Source: a virus. From it: a stretch of 39,543 nt of DNA. Where the stretch lies: IMG/VR virus record IMGVR_UViG_3300029951_000064, one strand, 5' to 3'. This document shows positions 1 to 7,607 of the stretch, piece after piece. The position numbers and the translations under genes are program-made. The notes under the pieces are model-generated. The model was not told the origin of the DNA. It did no database searches and saw only the letters and a list, made by a program, of their open reading frames with translations. Each line of letters opens with the position of its first letter. The stretch's first letter is position 1.

Positions 1-121
1 AAGCCATATGCCTCCCGAATAAGTCGTTCCGGTGCCGGTCCATGGCTGGTAAAGCTCTGAGTCATCACCCGAGCCGGAGGCTGAACGATTGACAGCAACT
101 AGCGTCGCAGTGGTGTTCCCG
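1..121. repeat. Terminal direct repeat (circular closure or assembly overlap); identical to 39423..39543
   Basis: Read directly: bases 1-121 (aagccatatgcctcccgaat...gtggtgttcccg) recur exactly at 39423-39543. Confidence 0.95.
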
Positions 122-612
122 TCGGGCGCGACCCCTGCGTTGGCGGTCACAACAGGCGCAACGCCAGTCCCAACCGAGAAAGTCGACCATGGCGAAGTGC
201 TGAGACTGAGCGATTGCAGCAAAAGATTGGTTGCCGCGTTCTCGCGCAGCAAGCCGAGGTCGGTGATGCGCAGCGTGTTCGCGGCGAAATAGGAGACCGT
301 GTTTTCGGCGGTCTGCGCGGTGTCGTTGGCCTGGTTGCGTGTGACCGACAGGCAGTTGGTAGGAGCCGCGCAGCCGCTATAGGACGATCCGGCGAAATTG
401 AGGGTCACCGATGGCGTCGGCCCAAAGGTCCCCGCCGAGCCAAAGCGGCGCATCATGGGACAGCCAAGCGCCCCAGGGATCATGTCGCATTGGGTTACGC
501 GGCCGGCGCCTGGAACCATCGGCGCGACCGTTGTTCCCGTCGACGGGGCCGCGGCCAGAAAAAGCGATAGCGCGACGGCGAGCGCCAGCGCGTAAAGCTG
601 ATGAAGCCTCAT
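1..612 (-). CDS. 5' part (204 codons) of a wrap-around 766-aa gene. N-terminal signal-peptide-like segment followed by the start of a LamG/jellyroll-like fibre domain. Continues at 39422 and ends at 37734.
   Basis: ATG at 612..610 directly after an in-frame TAA. I checked the frame triplet by triplet down to base 1 and found no stop. The codon boundary at base 1 is in phase with the 37734..39359 ORF across the 121-bp repeat. N-terminus MRLHQLYALALAVALSLFLAAAPSTG. ATGA overlap with the upstream gene stop (611..609). Confidence 0.6.
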   Translation of the reverse strand, partial: MRLHQLYALALAVALSLFLAAAPSTGTTVAPMVPGAGRVTQCDMIPGALGCPMMRRFGSAGTFGPTPSVTLNFAGSSYSGCAAPTNCLSVTRNQANDTAQTAENTVSYFAANTLRITDLGLLRENAATNLLLQSLSLSTSPWSTFSVGTGVAPVVTANAGVAPDGNTTATLVAVNRSASGSGDDSELYQPWTGTGTTYSGGIWL

Positions 613-980
613 TTAAAATATTCCACGTTGATGGTCGCGGTCGCTGCCTGTTGGAAAAAACGAGCGGCAATCAAGACGTTATAACCGGACAGCGAAACAC
701 AATTGCCAGCCGCGACAGGCTCCCCGACGGTCGCCGAGACGGTTTGCGTGAGGTCGGTCACGTAATTGACCGCCTGGGCCACTACGCAAACCGTGGCATA
801 GGTCGCGCCCGCGGGAACCGTGAGAGCGGTCGGCGAGGCAACACCCAAATTATATTGCGCGCCCGCCACAGGATTGAAAGGGAAAGGCGCGGGGTAAACG
901 GTCTGCTGGGCGAGCGCCGAGCCGCAAAACAGGGTCGCGGCGACGGCGCCAACCGCTAATTTTCTCATTTGGGCGAGCAT
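609..980 (-). CDS. Small secreted protein (123 aa), function unknown
   Basis: ORF track. N-terminus MLAQMRKLAVGAVAATLFCGSALA-QQ looks like a Sec signal peptide with an AxA site. GGAGGA lies upstream of the ATG. Stop overlaps the next gene start (ATGA). Confidence 0.6.
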   Translation of the reverse strand: MLAQMRKLAVGAVAATLFCGSALAQQTVYPAPFPFNPVAGAQYNLGVASPTALTVPAGATYATVCVVAQAVNYVTDLTQTVSATVGEPVAAGNCVSLSGYNVLIAARFFQQAATATINVEYFK

Positions 981-983
981 GGC

Positions 984-1052
984 CTATCCTCCAAAAATCA
1001 TTCGAAACGCGAAGCCCGCGCCGACGCCGAGCTTTCCGAAAGCCGAGCCCAT
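984..1052 (-). CDS. Possible 22-aa glycine-zipper micropeptide (MGSAFGKLGVGAGFAFRMIFGG)
   Basis: Not in the track because it is under 60 aa. ATG 1052..1050 shares one base with the upstream TGA (TGATG). It fills the gap between two genes. Its GGAGGA codons double as the RBS of the next gene. Confidence 0.25.
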   Translation of the reverse strand: MGSAFGKLGVGAGFAFRMIFGG

Positions 1053-1810
1053 CACTTTTTGTCCTCGCCGGGATATTTCTCGCGATCGACCGCCGAATCA
1101 AAGCGCATGCGCTGCAACTGCTCTTTGCGCATGGCGTCCGCCGCCGCCTGATCGCCCGCAACCTGCATTTGCTGCAAATCCTGCTGATGCTCTTGCGCGC
1201 TCAGGGCAGAGTCCTGCGCGCGCGCCTGGGCGTCAACGTGATGGTCCGCCATGCTGGCCTGCGCGTCGATTTGCGCCTCTTGCACGCCAATTCGAGCCTT
1301 GGCGATTTCCGCCTGGGTTTTGACCTGCAACCCCTTGAGCTTGATAAGTTCGTCGGGGTTCGGCTGCGGCGGCGGCTTGGGCTGCCCGGCCTTCTCGACC
1401 ATCTGCGCAACCATCGTCTCAATTGTGGTTTCGAGCGTGCGGCCGACCTTGTAAGCGCGCAGGGCGAACAGCATCAGGTCGCCGGCAAGCTGCGCCATTT
1501 GTGGCTGCGCGGCGACGATCGGCCCCCACGTCTCGACCATTTTGGTGATGACCTCGACAAGCTCAGTGCGGTCCTTTTTCTCCTGCGCTTCGTCCCCGGC
1601 GATCGTCGAGTCGGCCTCGATGTCCATGCGGAAGCGGCGCGCGGGATTGTCGCGCAGCAAGCGCATGACCGCATCAATGGTGATCGGCGCCCCAGGCGGC
1701 AGGGCTTGCGGGGACGGCTGCGCGGCAGGGGGCGGCGTTTGTGGCAAGCCGCCAGCGGGCGGGGAGGGGGGAGCGCCGCCAGCGGGCTGCGGAGAGGGTT
1801 GAGGGAGCAT
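1052..1810 (-). CDS. Pro-rich N-terminus plus long coiled-coil protein (252 aa). Portal-associated, scaffold-like, or a detached portal C-terminal segment.
   Basis: ORF track (1052..1813). ATG at 1810 shares one base with the portal TGA. N-terminus PQPSPQPAGGAPPSPPAGG, C-terminal half Q/A-rich heptad-like. Confidence 0.6.
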   Translation of the reverse strand: MLPQPSPQPAGGAPPSPPAGGLPQTPPPAAQPSPQALPPGAPITIDAVMRLLRDNPARRFRMDIEADSTIAGDEAQEKKDRTELVEVITKMVETWGPIVAAQPQMAQLAGDLMLFALRAYKVGRTLETTIETMVAQMVEKAGQPKPPPQPNPDELIKLKGLQVKTQAEIAKARIGVQEAQIDAQASMADHHVDAQARAQDSALSAQEHQQDLQQMQVAGDQAAADAMRKEQLQRMRFDSAVDREKYPGEDKK

Positions 1811-3540
1811 CACGGTATAGCTCCCATGGCCGGTGCACCGGGCGCGGGCGCCGGCGTGGCGCGAGACCCTCCCGATGCCATCGCGCCAGGCTGCGGGGCC
1901 TGAGCTTGCCGAATGGCCGCGGCGACCTGCGCCTGATGCTGCGCGGCCTGTTGCATGGCCGCCTGTTGCCGGGCCTGCGCCTCTTGCTGCTGAAGCTGCA
2001 TCAAAACCTCCTGATCGGTCGGCAATGGCATATTCGCCATGGCCATTATCGTCTCAGGCTGGAAATGGTTGCAAATGATCTCGCCGACGATCCTCGTGAA
2101 ATCGCGGCAGAAACGCCCCAATTCCTCTTGGCGGGTTCGCATCCGCGCGGAGCCATGCTGAGATTTGAGGACTTGCGCGCCTTTGGTTTCGTCGGGGTCC
2201 GTGGCGCCGCGCACAATGTCAGAGATCCCGGTGATCTGGTAAACGTCCTCAATCAGCGCCGCGCGGAGCTTAACGCATCCCTCCAAAACCTGAGAGACCA
2301 TTTCGACGGGCCAGAAAATGACGGGCGGCACACTGCCATTGGCCGCGAACTGCGCCCAATTCCGAACGGCGATCATGCGATTTTCCACGCCCGCCGTCGC
2401 CGCGCGCTCAAGCTCGGGGAAGCCGGCGCCGTCCGGTCCCCCGGCATAGAAGCCGACCACCTTGAGCGAATCTTGAAGAGCGGCGATGCGGGCGGTCAAT
2501 TGCTGAATTTCTTCGGCCTGATCCTGATAATAGGTGTAGTCAGGGCGCGGAACGAGGGAATCGCTCGTCAAAGTCCCATAGGCCGGGCGAGGACAGGGAT
2601 AGAAGCCCGTCAGCTTGAGATAGGGCTCGTCCTCCTCAAGGGCATGGGCGAAGCCTTCGGCAACCCATAGGACGCGATTCTCGGACCTGTCCCAAACTTC
2701 CCAAATCTTGGCCTTTTTCTCAAGATTATCGTCTTTGCCGGCGTCGTCGGTCGACTTGTTGTTATAGGCCAAGCGCTCGGAAATCTTAACGCCGGCCTCG
2801 TCCGTCATCGGCTCGCCGTTTTCATCAACGAAGCGTTTTTCGACCTCTTTTTTCGTGAGATAGGCGGCGAACGCAACCCAAGTGACCTCGTCCCATGTGC
2901 GCGCGTCGTCGTGCGCGAAATCCTTCAAATGGACGAAAACAATCTTGACGCGCTCGAATTTCAGAACCTCTTGGGAGGCCGGAGTGTCATTGTCCTCGGA
3001 CGTGTCGCCCTCATGGGACCCGGCCTCTTCCTCGGCGTCACGTTCTATTTCTTCGCCGGCTGCTTGGACGCCCTCGGCGTCGGCCGTGTCGAGGTCATCG
3101 CCCTCGCCGCCGCCCATGTCGACCGTCTCCATGACCGGCTCATAAACGGCACGGGCTTGACCGCGAGCGTAGAGTAAGAAATCGTCTCGAACGAGTTTGA
3201 ACTTTCCGTCATAGTTTTCGGAATCAAACGTAAAATCAATGCAGCGCTCCACCATCATGCCAGCTTGGCGAGCCGTGTCGTCCTTATCGGTGAAGCGGCG
3301 CGTAACATCGGCCTTTGGCGGCTTGGCATAGGTTGCCGCCTTCATGACCTCTATGTTTGCCCAAAAGATTTGATACTTGCGGACCTTGACCGTTTGACTG
3401 TCGTCATACCGGTAAACGTCTCTGATTTTCCTGCAAGCCTCGAACCATTTCTCCATTCCGCGCGCTTTTTGCGACTTGCGAATGAGGGTGATCCAAGGAT
3501 TTTCGTCGCCTTGGACTCCCGAAGTATCGTTGTCAGCCAT
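1810..3540 (-). CDS. Portal protein (576 aa)
   Basis: Size, position downstream of the large terminase, and an acidic insert plus Q/A-rich C-terminal tail typical of podovirus portals. Family-level recognition only. Confidence 0.8.
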   Translation of the reverse strand: MADNDTSGVQGDENPWITLIRKSQKARGMEKWFEACRKIRDVYRYDDSQTVKVRKYQIFWANIEVMKAATYAKPPKADVTRRFTDKDDTARQAGMMVERCIDFTFDSENYDGKFKLVRDDFLLYARGQARAVYEPVMETVDMGGGEGDDLDTADAEGVQAAGEEIERDAEEEAGSHEGDTSEDNDTPASQEVLKFERVKIVFVHLKDFAHDDARTWDEVTWVAFAAYLTKKEVEKRFVDENGEPMTDEAGVKISERLAYNNKSTDDAGKDDNLEKKAKIWEVWDRSENRVLWVAEGFAHALEEDEPYLKLTGFYPCPRPAYGTLTSDSLVPRPDYTYYQDQAEEIQQLTARIAALQDSLKVVGFYAGGPDGAGFPELERAATAGVENRMIAVRNWAQFAANGSVPPVIFWPVEMVSQVLEGCVKLRAALIEDVYQITGISDIVRGATDPDETKGAQVLKSQHGSARMRTRQEELGRFCRDFTRIVGEIICNHFQPETIMAMANMPLPTDQEVLMQLQQQEAQARQQAAMQQAAQHQAQVAAAIRQAQAPQPGAMASGGSRATPAPAPGAPAMGAIP

Positions 3541-3566
3541 TGGGAGCCTCGCCAGCGTCGTTTCTT

Positions 3567-4013
3567 CTACGCTGCGCCGGGCTCGTCATGCAAGCGGCCC
3601 TCGGCCATTCCGGCATCAATCGCAGCGGCTTCCACAGGATGCTTTGCCCTATGGCGTGCTTCGGCGGCTTCGATCGCCTGAAAATGCCCGACGATCGCAT
3701 TGCGCAGATTGGCGCACCCGTGATGAAACTTGCGCTCGACCATTTCGCGGTCGTCGCTCAAAGTCCATAGGATTGCTATATTGACTTGAACGCCGCGACC
3801 GGAGAATGCGACGACGGCCATAAGATGTTGCTTTTCTCCGTCGCGCGCCCGCTGCATGAGCAATTGGAATTCCGGCGCCGTGAAGCCAGGGCGCGCGGGA
3901 TCGCGATATTCTTGCAGAAATAGGCTTTTGAAAAGCTCTCGGACTTGGGCGTAGGTCATGGCCGAAGGCCAAGCCAGCGGAGCAATGACCGGCGGTTCAT
4001 TTGGCACCCACAA
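3567..4013 (-). CDS. Hypothetical protein (148 aa, or 130 aa from ATG 3959)
   Basis: ORF track. TTG start at 4013 overlaps the upstream gene by 17 nt. An alternative ATG at 3959 gives MTYAQVRELF. Confidence 0.5.
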   Translation of the reverse strand: MWVPNEPPVIAPLAWPSAMTYAQVRELFKSLFLQEYRDPARPGFTAPEFQLLMQRARDGEKQHLMAVVAFSGRGVQVNIAILWTLSDDREMVERKFHHGCANLRNAIVGHFQAIEAAEARHRAKHPVEAAAIDAGMAEGRLHDEPGAA

Positions 4014-4407
4014 GCTTGCGAACCTCTTCCTCGCTCAACACGGAGCCGACCGTCTTGGCTTTGCCGACCTTCGCAGCGATGCGGCCATAGGCGGCGCCGA
4101 AGCTGGCCATTTCCTGACCTGTGCAATCGGACATGGGCTTGCCGTTGGGCATGGTGAGGGCGAGGAGGAGGATTTGAGCCTTGATGCGCTCCACGGTTTC
4201 GCGGCGTGCGGCGGACGGCTCGCGCTCCATTTCGTCAATCATCGCCTCGGTGACGATCTTGTAAAGCTCGGTGACGAGCTTGTAAAGCTCATCAAGGCCA
4301 GCGCGATGATGCGCGACGATTATCTTTGCGACGAACGCCCGCAAGTTGTAGCTATCGTAGGATGTTTGCGTGTGACCGCGACGTAATTGGGTTTGCGTGT
4401 TGAGCAT
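3997..4407 (-). CDS. Hypothetical protein (136 aa)
   Basis: ORF track. Strong RBS TAGGAGGTAATCA before the ATG. Internal duplicated ELYKLVTELYKIVTE. Confidence 0.6.
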   Translation of the reverse strand: MLNTQTQLRRGHTQTSYDSYNLRAFVAKIIVAHHRAGLDELYKLVTELYKIVTEAMIDEMEREPSAARRETVERIKAQILLLALTMPNGKPMSDCTGQEMASFGAAYGRIAAKVGKAKTVGSVLSEEEVRKLVGAK

Positions 4408-4440
4408 TGATTACCTCCTAAAGTTGAATGCCAAGTTCCT

Positions 4441-4590
4441 TCAGTACTTCAGGCATGACTCGCGGCTGCAAGCCACGCAGCGACCGCATAAAAGTCTCTG
4501 GGCCAGATGGCCGCGCTTGCACGGCTTGCCGGTGAAGTACCGCTTCAGCCCGAGCGCGAGCGCTTCTTTCCTGCCCATAATCTCCATCAT
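4441..4590 (-). CDS. Small zinc-ribbon protein (49 aa): MMEIMGRKEALALGLKRYFTGKPCKRGHLAQRLLCGRCVACSRESCLKY
   Basis: Not in the track (under 60 aa). GGGAG RBS. The motif LGLKRYFTGKPCKRGH...R...G.C..C recurs in small phage and prophage proteins I recognise. Confidence 0.55.
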   Translation of the reverse strand: MMEIMGRKEALALGLKRYFTGKPCKRGHLAQRLLCGRCVACSRESCLKY

Positions 4591-4740
4591 GCCCCAGCTC
4601 CCTAATTTGCACTGGTTTGCGAGGTTTCACGGGATCAATGACCCATTACGGCCGCCCGACCCGAACCTCGCCTTGTAGCGCCTTGCACGCTTGCCGTTGC
4701 CAATGCTCCCGATGCAGGAGATATCCCGGGCGGACGCGTT

Positions 4741-5187
4741 CTAATCGACGTGTCGAGAAATCCGCGACAACGCCGTATGGAGGCGATCAAGCGCGCCGTC
4801 AATCCCGCGGGCGACATCGCCGAAACGCTCGGCGAGCGGCGGGGCTTCGGACCTCCCGGCTGGCGCGCGGGGCGCCTCGACGCCCAGCGCGGACGGCGGC
4901 CCGGGGCCAAAAAGCTTGACCTCGATCGATTCGGCCTCGCTCGCCAGCAAATGAGCGCGATCGGCCAATTCGACCAGACGATTGAGGCGAGACCGCAGAT
5001 GGTCTGAGGGTTCCGCGGCTTGCTCGTCTGGATTGATTTGCGCGCCGTTCATTTTGGCGGCGCGCGCCTGCATGTCGTTCGGCGCGGCTTTCACTTTGCC
5101 ATCGCCGTAATAGGGGGCCGGAGAAATACCCCGCAGCACCGTTCCCACAGTCAAGCCGGCGGCGGCAGTTTCAGGCAAATCAATCAT
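4741..5187 (-). CDS. Hypothetical protein (148 aa)
   Basis: ORF track. ATG overlaps the terminase stop (ATGA). Confidence 0.55.
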   Translation of the reverse strand: MIDLPETAAAGLTVGTVLRGISPAPYYGDGKVKAAPNDMQARAAKMNGAQINPDEQAAEPSDHLRSRLNRLVELADRAHLLASEAESIEVKLFGPGPPSALGVEAPRAPAGRSEAPPLAERFGDVARGIDGALDRLHTALSRISRHVD

Positions 5188-6569
5188 ATGCGTTTTTCCT
5201 TTTTCGGTGAATCCTCAATGTCCATGAATTCGTCATAGGTCATTTGAGGCAGGGGCTTAAAGGACAGTTTCGGGCCTTGAGGCTGGGCGGCAACAGGGGT
5301 CCGCCACGCGATCGACAGGTAACGGAAGCTATCCGCCCCATTCGACGCCCAATTGTGAAGAGGAGTCTTTTTGAAGACGAGATTTTTATCGTCCCACTCG
5401 CGCCTGTAATCGCGTAGACAGTCCAAGCCTCGTTTGGTCCGGACATCATCAAAGCGGCAGAGCGGAATAGTTTTTCGCGCAGCATGAATCCCGTCCGCAA
5501 TGGTCTGATTTGCGACAAGCTCGGGCTTGCGTCCGAGGAGAATCATCGTCTCGATGCGGGTTCGAGCGCCGGGAGCCCCGGCCTCGCGGACCCTTGCATC
5601 GTGCGGAACGAAATCGATTCCGTGATAGCCCCGACGATCAAGCTCGCCGCAGAAATAGTCAAACCCTTTTCCGTTTTCCTCCAAATAATCCACAACGTCT
5701 AGGTGGTCGGGATAGCGTTGGAAGCACCAAACCGACATTTCGTTGCCCGCCGAGACGCCAATATCCCAGGCGGTATCGACCGGGAGGTCGAGATTGAGGG
5801 GGACGCTGCGAATATGGCCCAGCCGATCGGCGTCGGCCATCTGCTTGCCATAGAACGAGCCGAGCACGGCGGCCTCGAAAGAACAAAAATATTCCTGTTC
5901 AATCAACGCGTCGCCTTCGTCTTGTCCGAAAATCCCATGATATTCGACGCGCTGCTCCTCGACGCGTTCGAGCGGGAAGCCGGTATCCTTGACTGTGAGG
6001 ACTTGCGCGAACCAGTCCTTTCCGGCCGCCATCTGCTTGCGCGCCACGTCGAGGAGCGATTTCGCATGGTTGCGCCCGCGCGCCGTCGTGATGAACATCG
6101 CCCAGCCGTCAGATTCAACGAGGATGGGCGCCAGATAGGCCCATGCGGCTGGGTTGCTCAATGCCCACTCGGAAAAGACGATGCCCGCCAGCGTCGACCC
6201 CACGGCCGCGTCATAGCGATCGGAGCCGACGATTTGCCAAGTCGATCCGTTAGTGAAGCGGATGAACATTTCGTGGTCGTTTTTGTTGGCGATCATCCAT
6301 GGCGGAAACGCTTCGTCGATTCGGCGCTTGCCGGTTTTCGGGTTGACCGCCGTCCAGATTGCCTTCCGGCCTTGGGAATATTCGGGGAGCATCGTCCAAT
6401 AAGAGCCGACGCGCTTGACGCTCTCGACGGCGATGCGATGGAGGCCCACGTCGTCCTTGCCGGAGCGGCGATGCCAGATGAGGCATGCGCGCCGCCCCCC
6501 CGCGGCCAGATAGCCCCATGCGGCGCGCTGATAGGGGCGAGGAGCCCAATTGTGCGGGATGGGTTTCAA
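5184..6569 (-). CDS. terL: Terminase large subunit (461 aa)
   Basis: Walker A-like HRRSGKDD, Walker B-like GIVFSEW, and a C-terminal RNaseH-like nuclease region (DTAWDIGVS...VWCFQ). TTG start is the first start after an in-frame TAG. Confidence 0.9.
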   Translation of the reverse strand: MKPIPHNWAPRPYQRAAWGYLAAGGRRACLIWHRRSGKDDVGLHRIAVESVKRVGSYWTMLPEYSQGRKAIWTAVNPKTGKRRIDEAFPPWMIANKNDHEMFIRFTNGSTWQIVGSDRYDAAVGSTLAGIVFSEWALSNPAAWAYLAPILVESDGWAMFITTARGRNHAKSLLDVARKQMAAGKDWFAQVLTVKDTGFPLERVEEQRVEYHGIFGQDEGDALIEQEYFCSFEAAVLGSFYGKQMADADRLGHIRSVPLNLDLPVDTAWDIGVSAGNEMSVWCFQRYPDHLDVVDYLEENGKGFDYFCGELDRRGYHGIDFVPHDARVREAGAPGARTRIETMILLGRKPELVANQTIADGIHAARKTIPLCRFDDVRTKRGLDCLRDYRREWDDKNLVFKKTPLHNWASNGADSFRYLSIAWRTPVAAQPQGPKLSFKPLPQMTYDEFMDIEDSPKKEKRI

Positions 6570-6724
6570 ATCTTGCCGACCAGCCTATAGGCATTCGAAT
6601 CCCAATAATGAACGGCGTCAAACCGCTCGAGCAGTCGAGGATGATTTTGGAGCGCCTCTAGAGGAATTAATTTCCCGAGCCGCGCGCGCTTTATCCAGCG
6701 TCGAGCGCTCGGCTGCTTTCTCAT
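6566..6724 (-). CDS. Small ORF (52 aa) between terS and terL: MRKQPSARRWIKRARLGKLIPLEALQNHPRLLERFDAVHYWDSNAYRLVGKI
   Basis: Not in the track. ATGA overlap with the upstream stop and TTGA overlap with the terL start, so it exactly fills the apparent gap. Confidence 0.45.
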   Translation of the reverse strand: MRKQPSARRWIKRARLGKLIPLEALQNHPRLLERFDAVHYWDSNAYRLVGKI

Positions 6725-6945
6725 TCCACGACCTCGATTTTGACCCCGAGGATAATCAGGCCGTCGGGATGCGATTCTTCAAGGGCGGCGATTCCGGGGA
6801 AGGGGGGAGGGTTAATTTCGGCGACATCCGGCGAGCGCCAATACCATATCGTATTCCAAATGTTGCGGATTCCGGCCTCACTCATTCTGGCCGTGCGCCG
6901 CTCGACTTTCTCGCCGACCTTGCCGCTGAATTCGTCGACTCTCAT
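6721..6945 (-). CDS. Hypothetical protein (74 aa)
   Basis: ORF track. ATGA overlap with the terS stop. Confidence 0.5.
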   Translation of the reverse strand: MRVDEFSGKVGEKVERRTARMSEAGIRNIWNTIWYWRSPDVAEINPPPFPGIAALEESHPDGLIILGVKIEVVE

Positions 6946-7607
6946 TTCTGCGCATCCTTCGGTTTGTAGGGCTTCTCGACAATGTCGTCATACTGGACGA
7001 CCTGATAGGGGCCTGTATCGCGCGCGCCTTCGTCCTGGGGAAGCGCGGGAGCCAGATTATGCGACAGGCGCTCGATATATTGAATGTTGCGGCCCGAGGA
7101 GGTCAAGGAATTCAGCGCGGCGGCGCGCGATGGCAACGAAACCGCGCGCATCATCATCGTGCGGCGGACGCTCGTCTTGTCCCGCGCCGTTTCGTCGTCG
7201 ATCGCCTCTTGAATATCGCCGATGTTGGCGGTCGCCATTTGAGCTTCGGCGAGGAGGGCCGTTGCGAGCGAGCGAAACCCGGCCCCCATGCTTCGATGGG
7301 CGCGGTGAATTGAAACCTGTTCGTCGGCCGCGGCGTCGAGGTCGGCATCTTTTGGCTCCCCTCGATTTTCTTTCTGGTGCGTTTTTTCTTTCTGGTGCGT
7401 TTGTGGTGCGTTTTGGACAACGAGCATTTTGGCGCGGGCGCGAGCGCGGACTTCGGCGCTCTTGTCCTGTGTCCATCCCTTCGAGGCGGCGCGCCGGCTG
7501 ATTGTCGTATGGGGGATTTCGTAACGGCGAGCGATTTCGCGCACGGTTCCAAGGCCCATGCGAAAATCGCGCTCGATTGCTTCCCAATCTGCTTTTTTGG
7601 CTTTCAT
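6942..7607 (-). CDS. terS: Terminase small subunit (221 aa, HTH at the N-terminus)
   Basis: MKAKKADWEAIERDFRMGLGTVREIARRYEIPHTTISRRAASKGW is a typical terS HTH. Lies upstream of terL. ATG 7607 overlaps the methyltransferase stop (ATGA). The track's longer N-terminal extension was rejected. Confidence 0.7.
   Translation of the reverse strand: MKAKKADWEAIERDFRMGLGTVREIARRYEIPHTTISRRAASKGWTQDKSAEVRARARAKMLVVQNAPQTHQKEKTHQKENRGEPKDADLDAAADEQVSIHRAHRSMGAGFRSLATALLAEAQMATANIGDIQEAIDDETARDKTSVRRTMMMRAVSLPSRAAALNSLTSSGRNIQYIERLSHNLAPALPQDEGARDTGPYQVVQYDDIVEKPYKPKDAQK
7376..7413. repeat. Three direct copies of GGTGCGTTT (7376-7384, 7394-7402, 7405-7413) inside terS
   Basis: Read directly. Includes an 18-bp tandem duplication encoding THQKEK twice. 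Confidence 0.85.

Noticed and set aside
4591-4740. A hidden small ORF or a read-through extension of the 148-aa gene in the 150-nt gap
   Set aside because: The frame after the TAG is open for 37 codons but has no start codon. Other frames give only fragments without an RBS. I treated it as genuinely non-coding with a possible promoter, but could not find a convincing -35/-10 pair.
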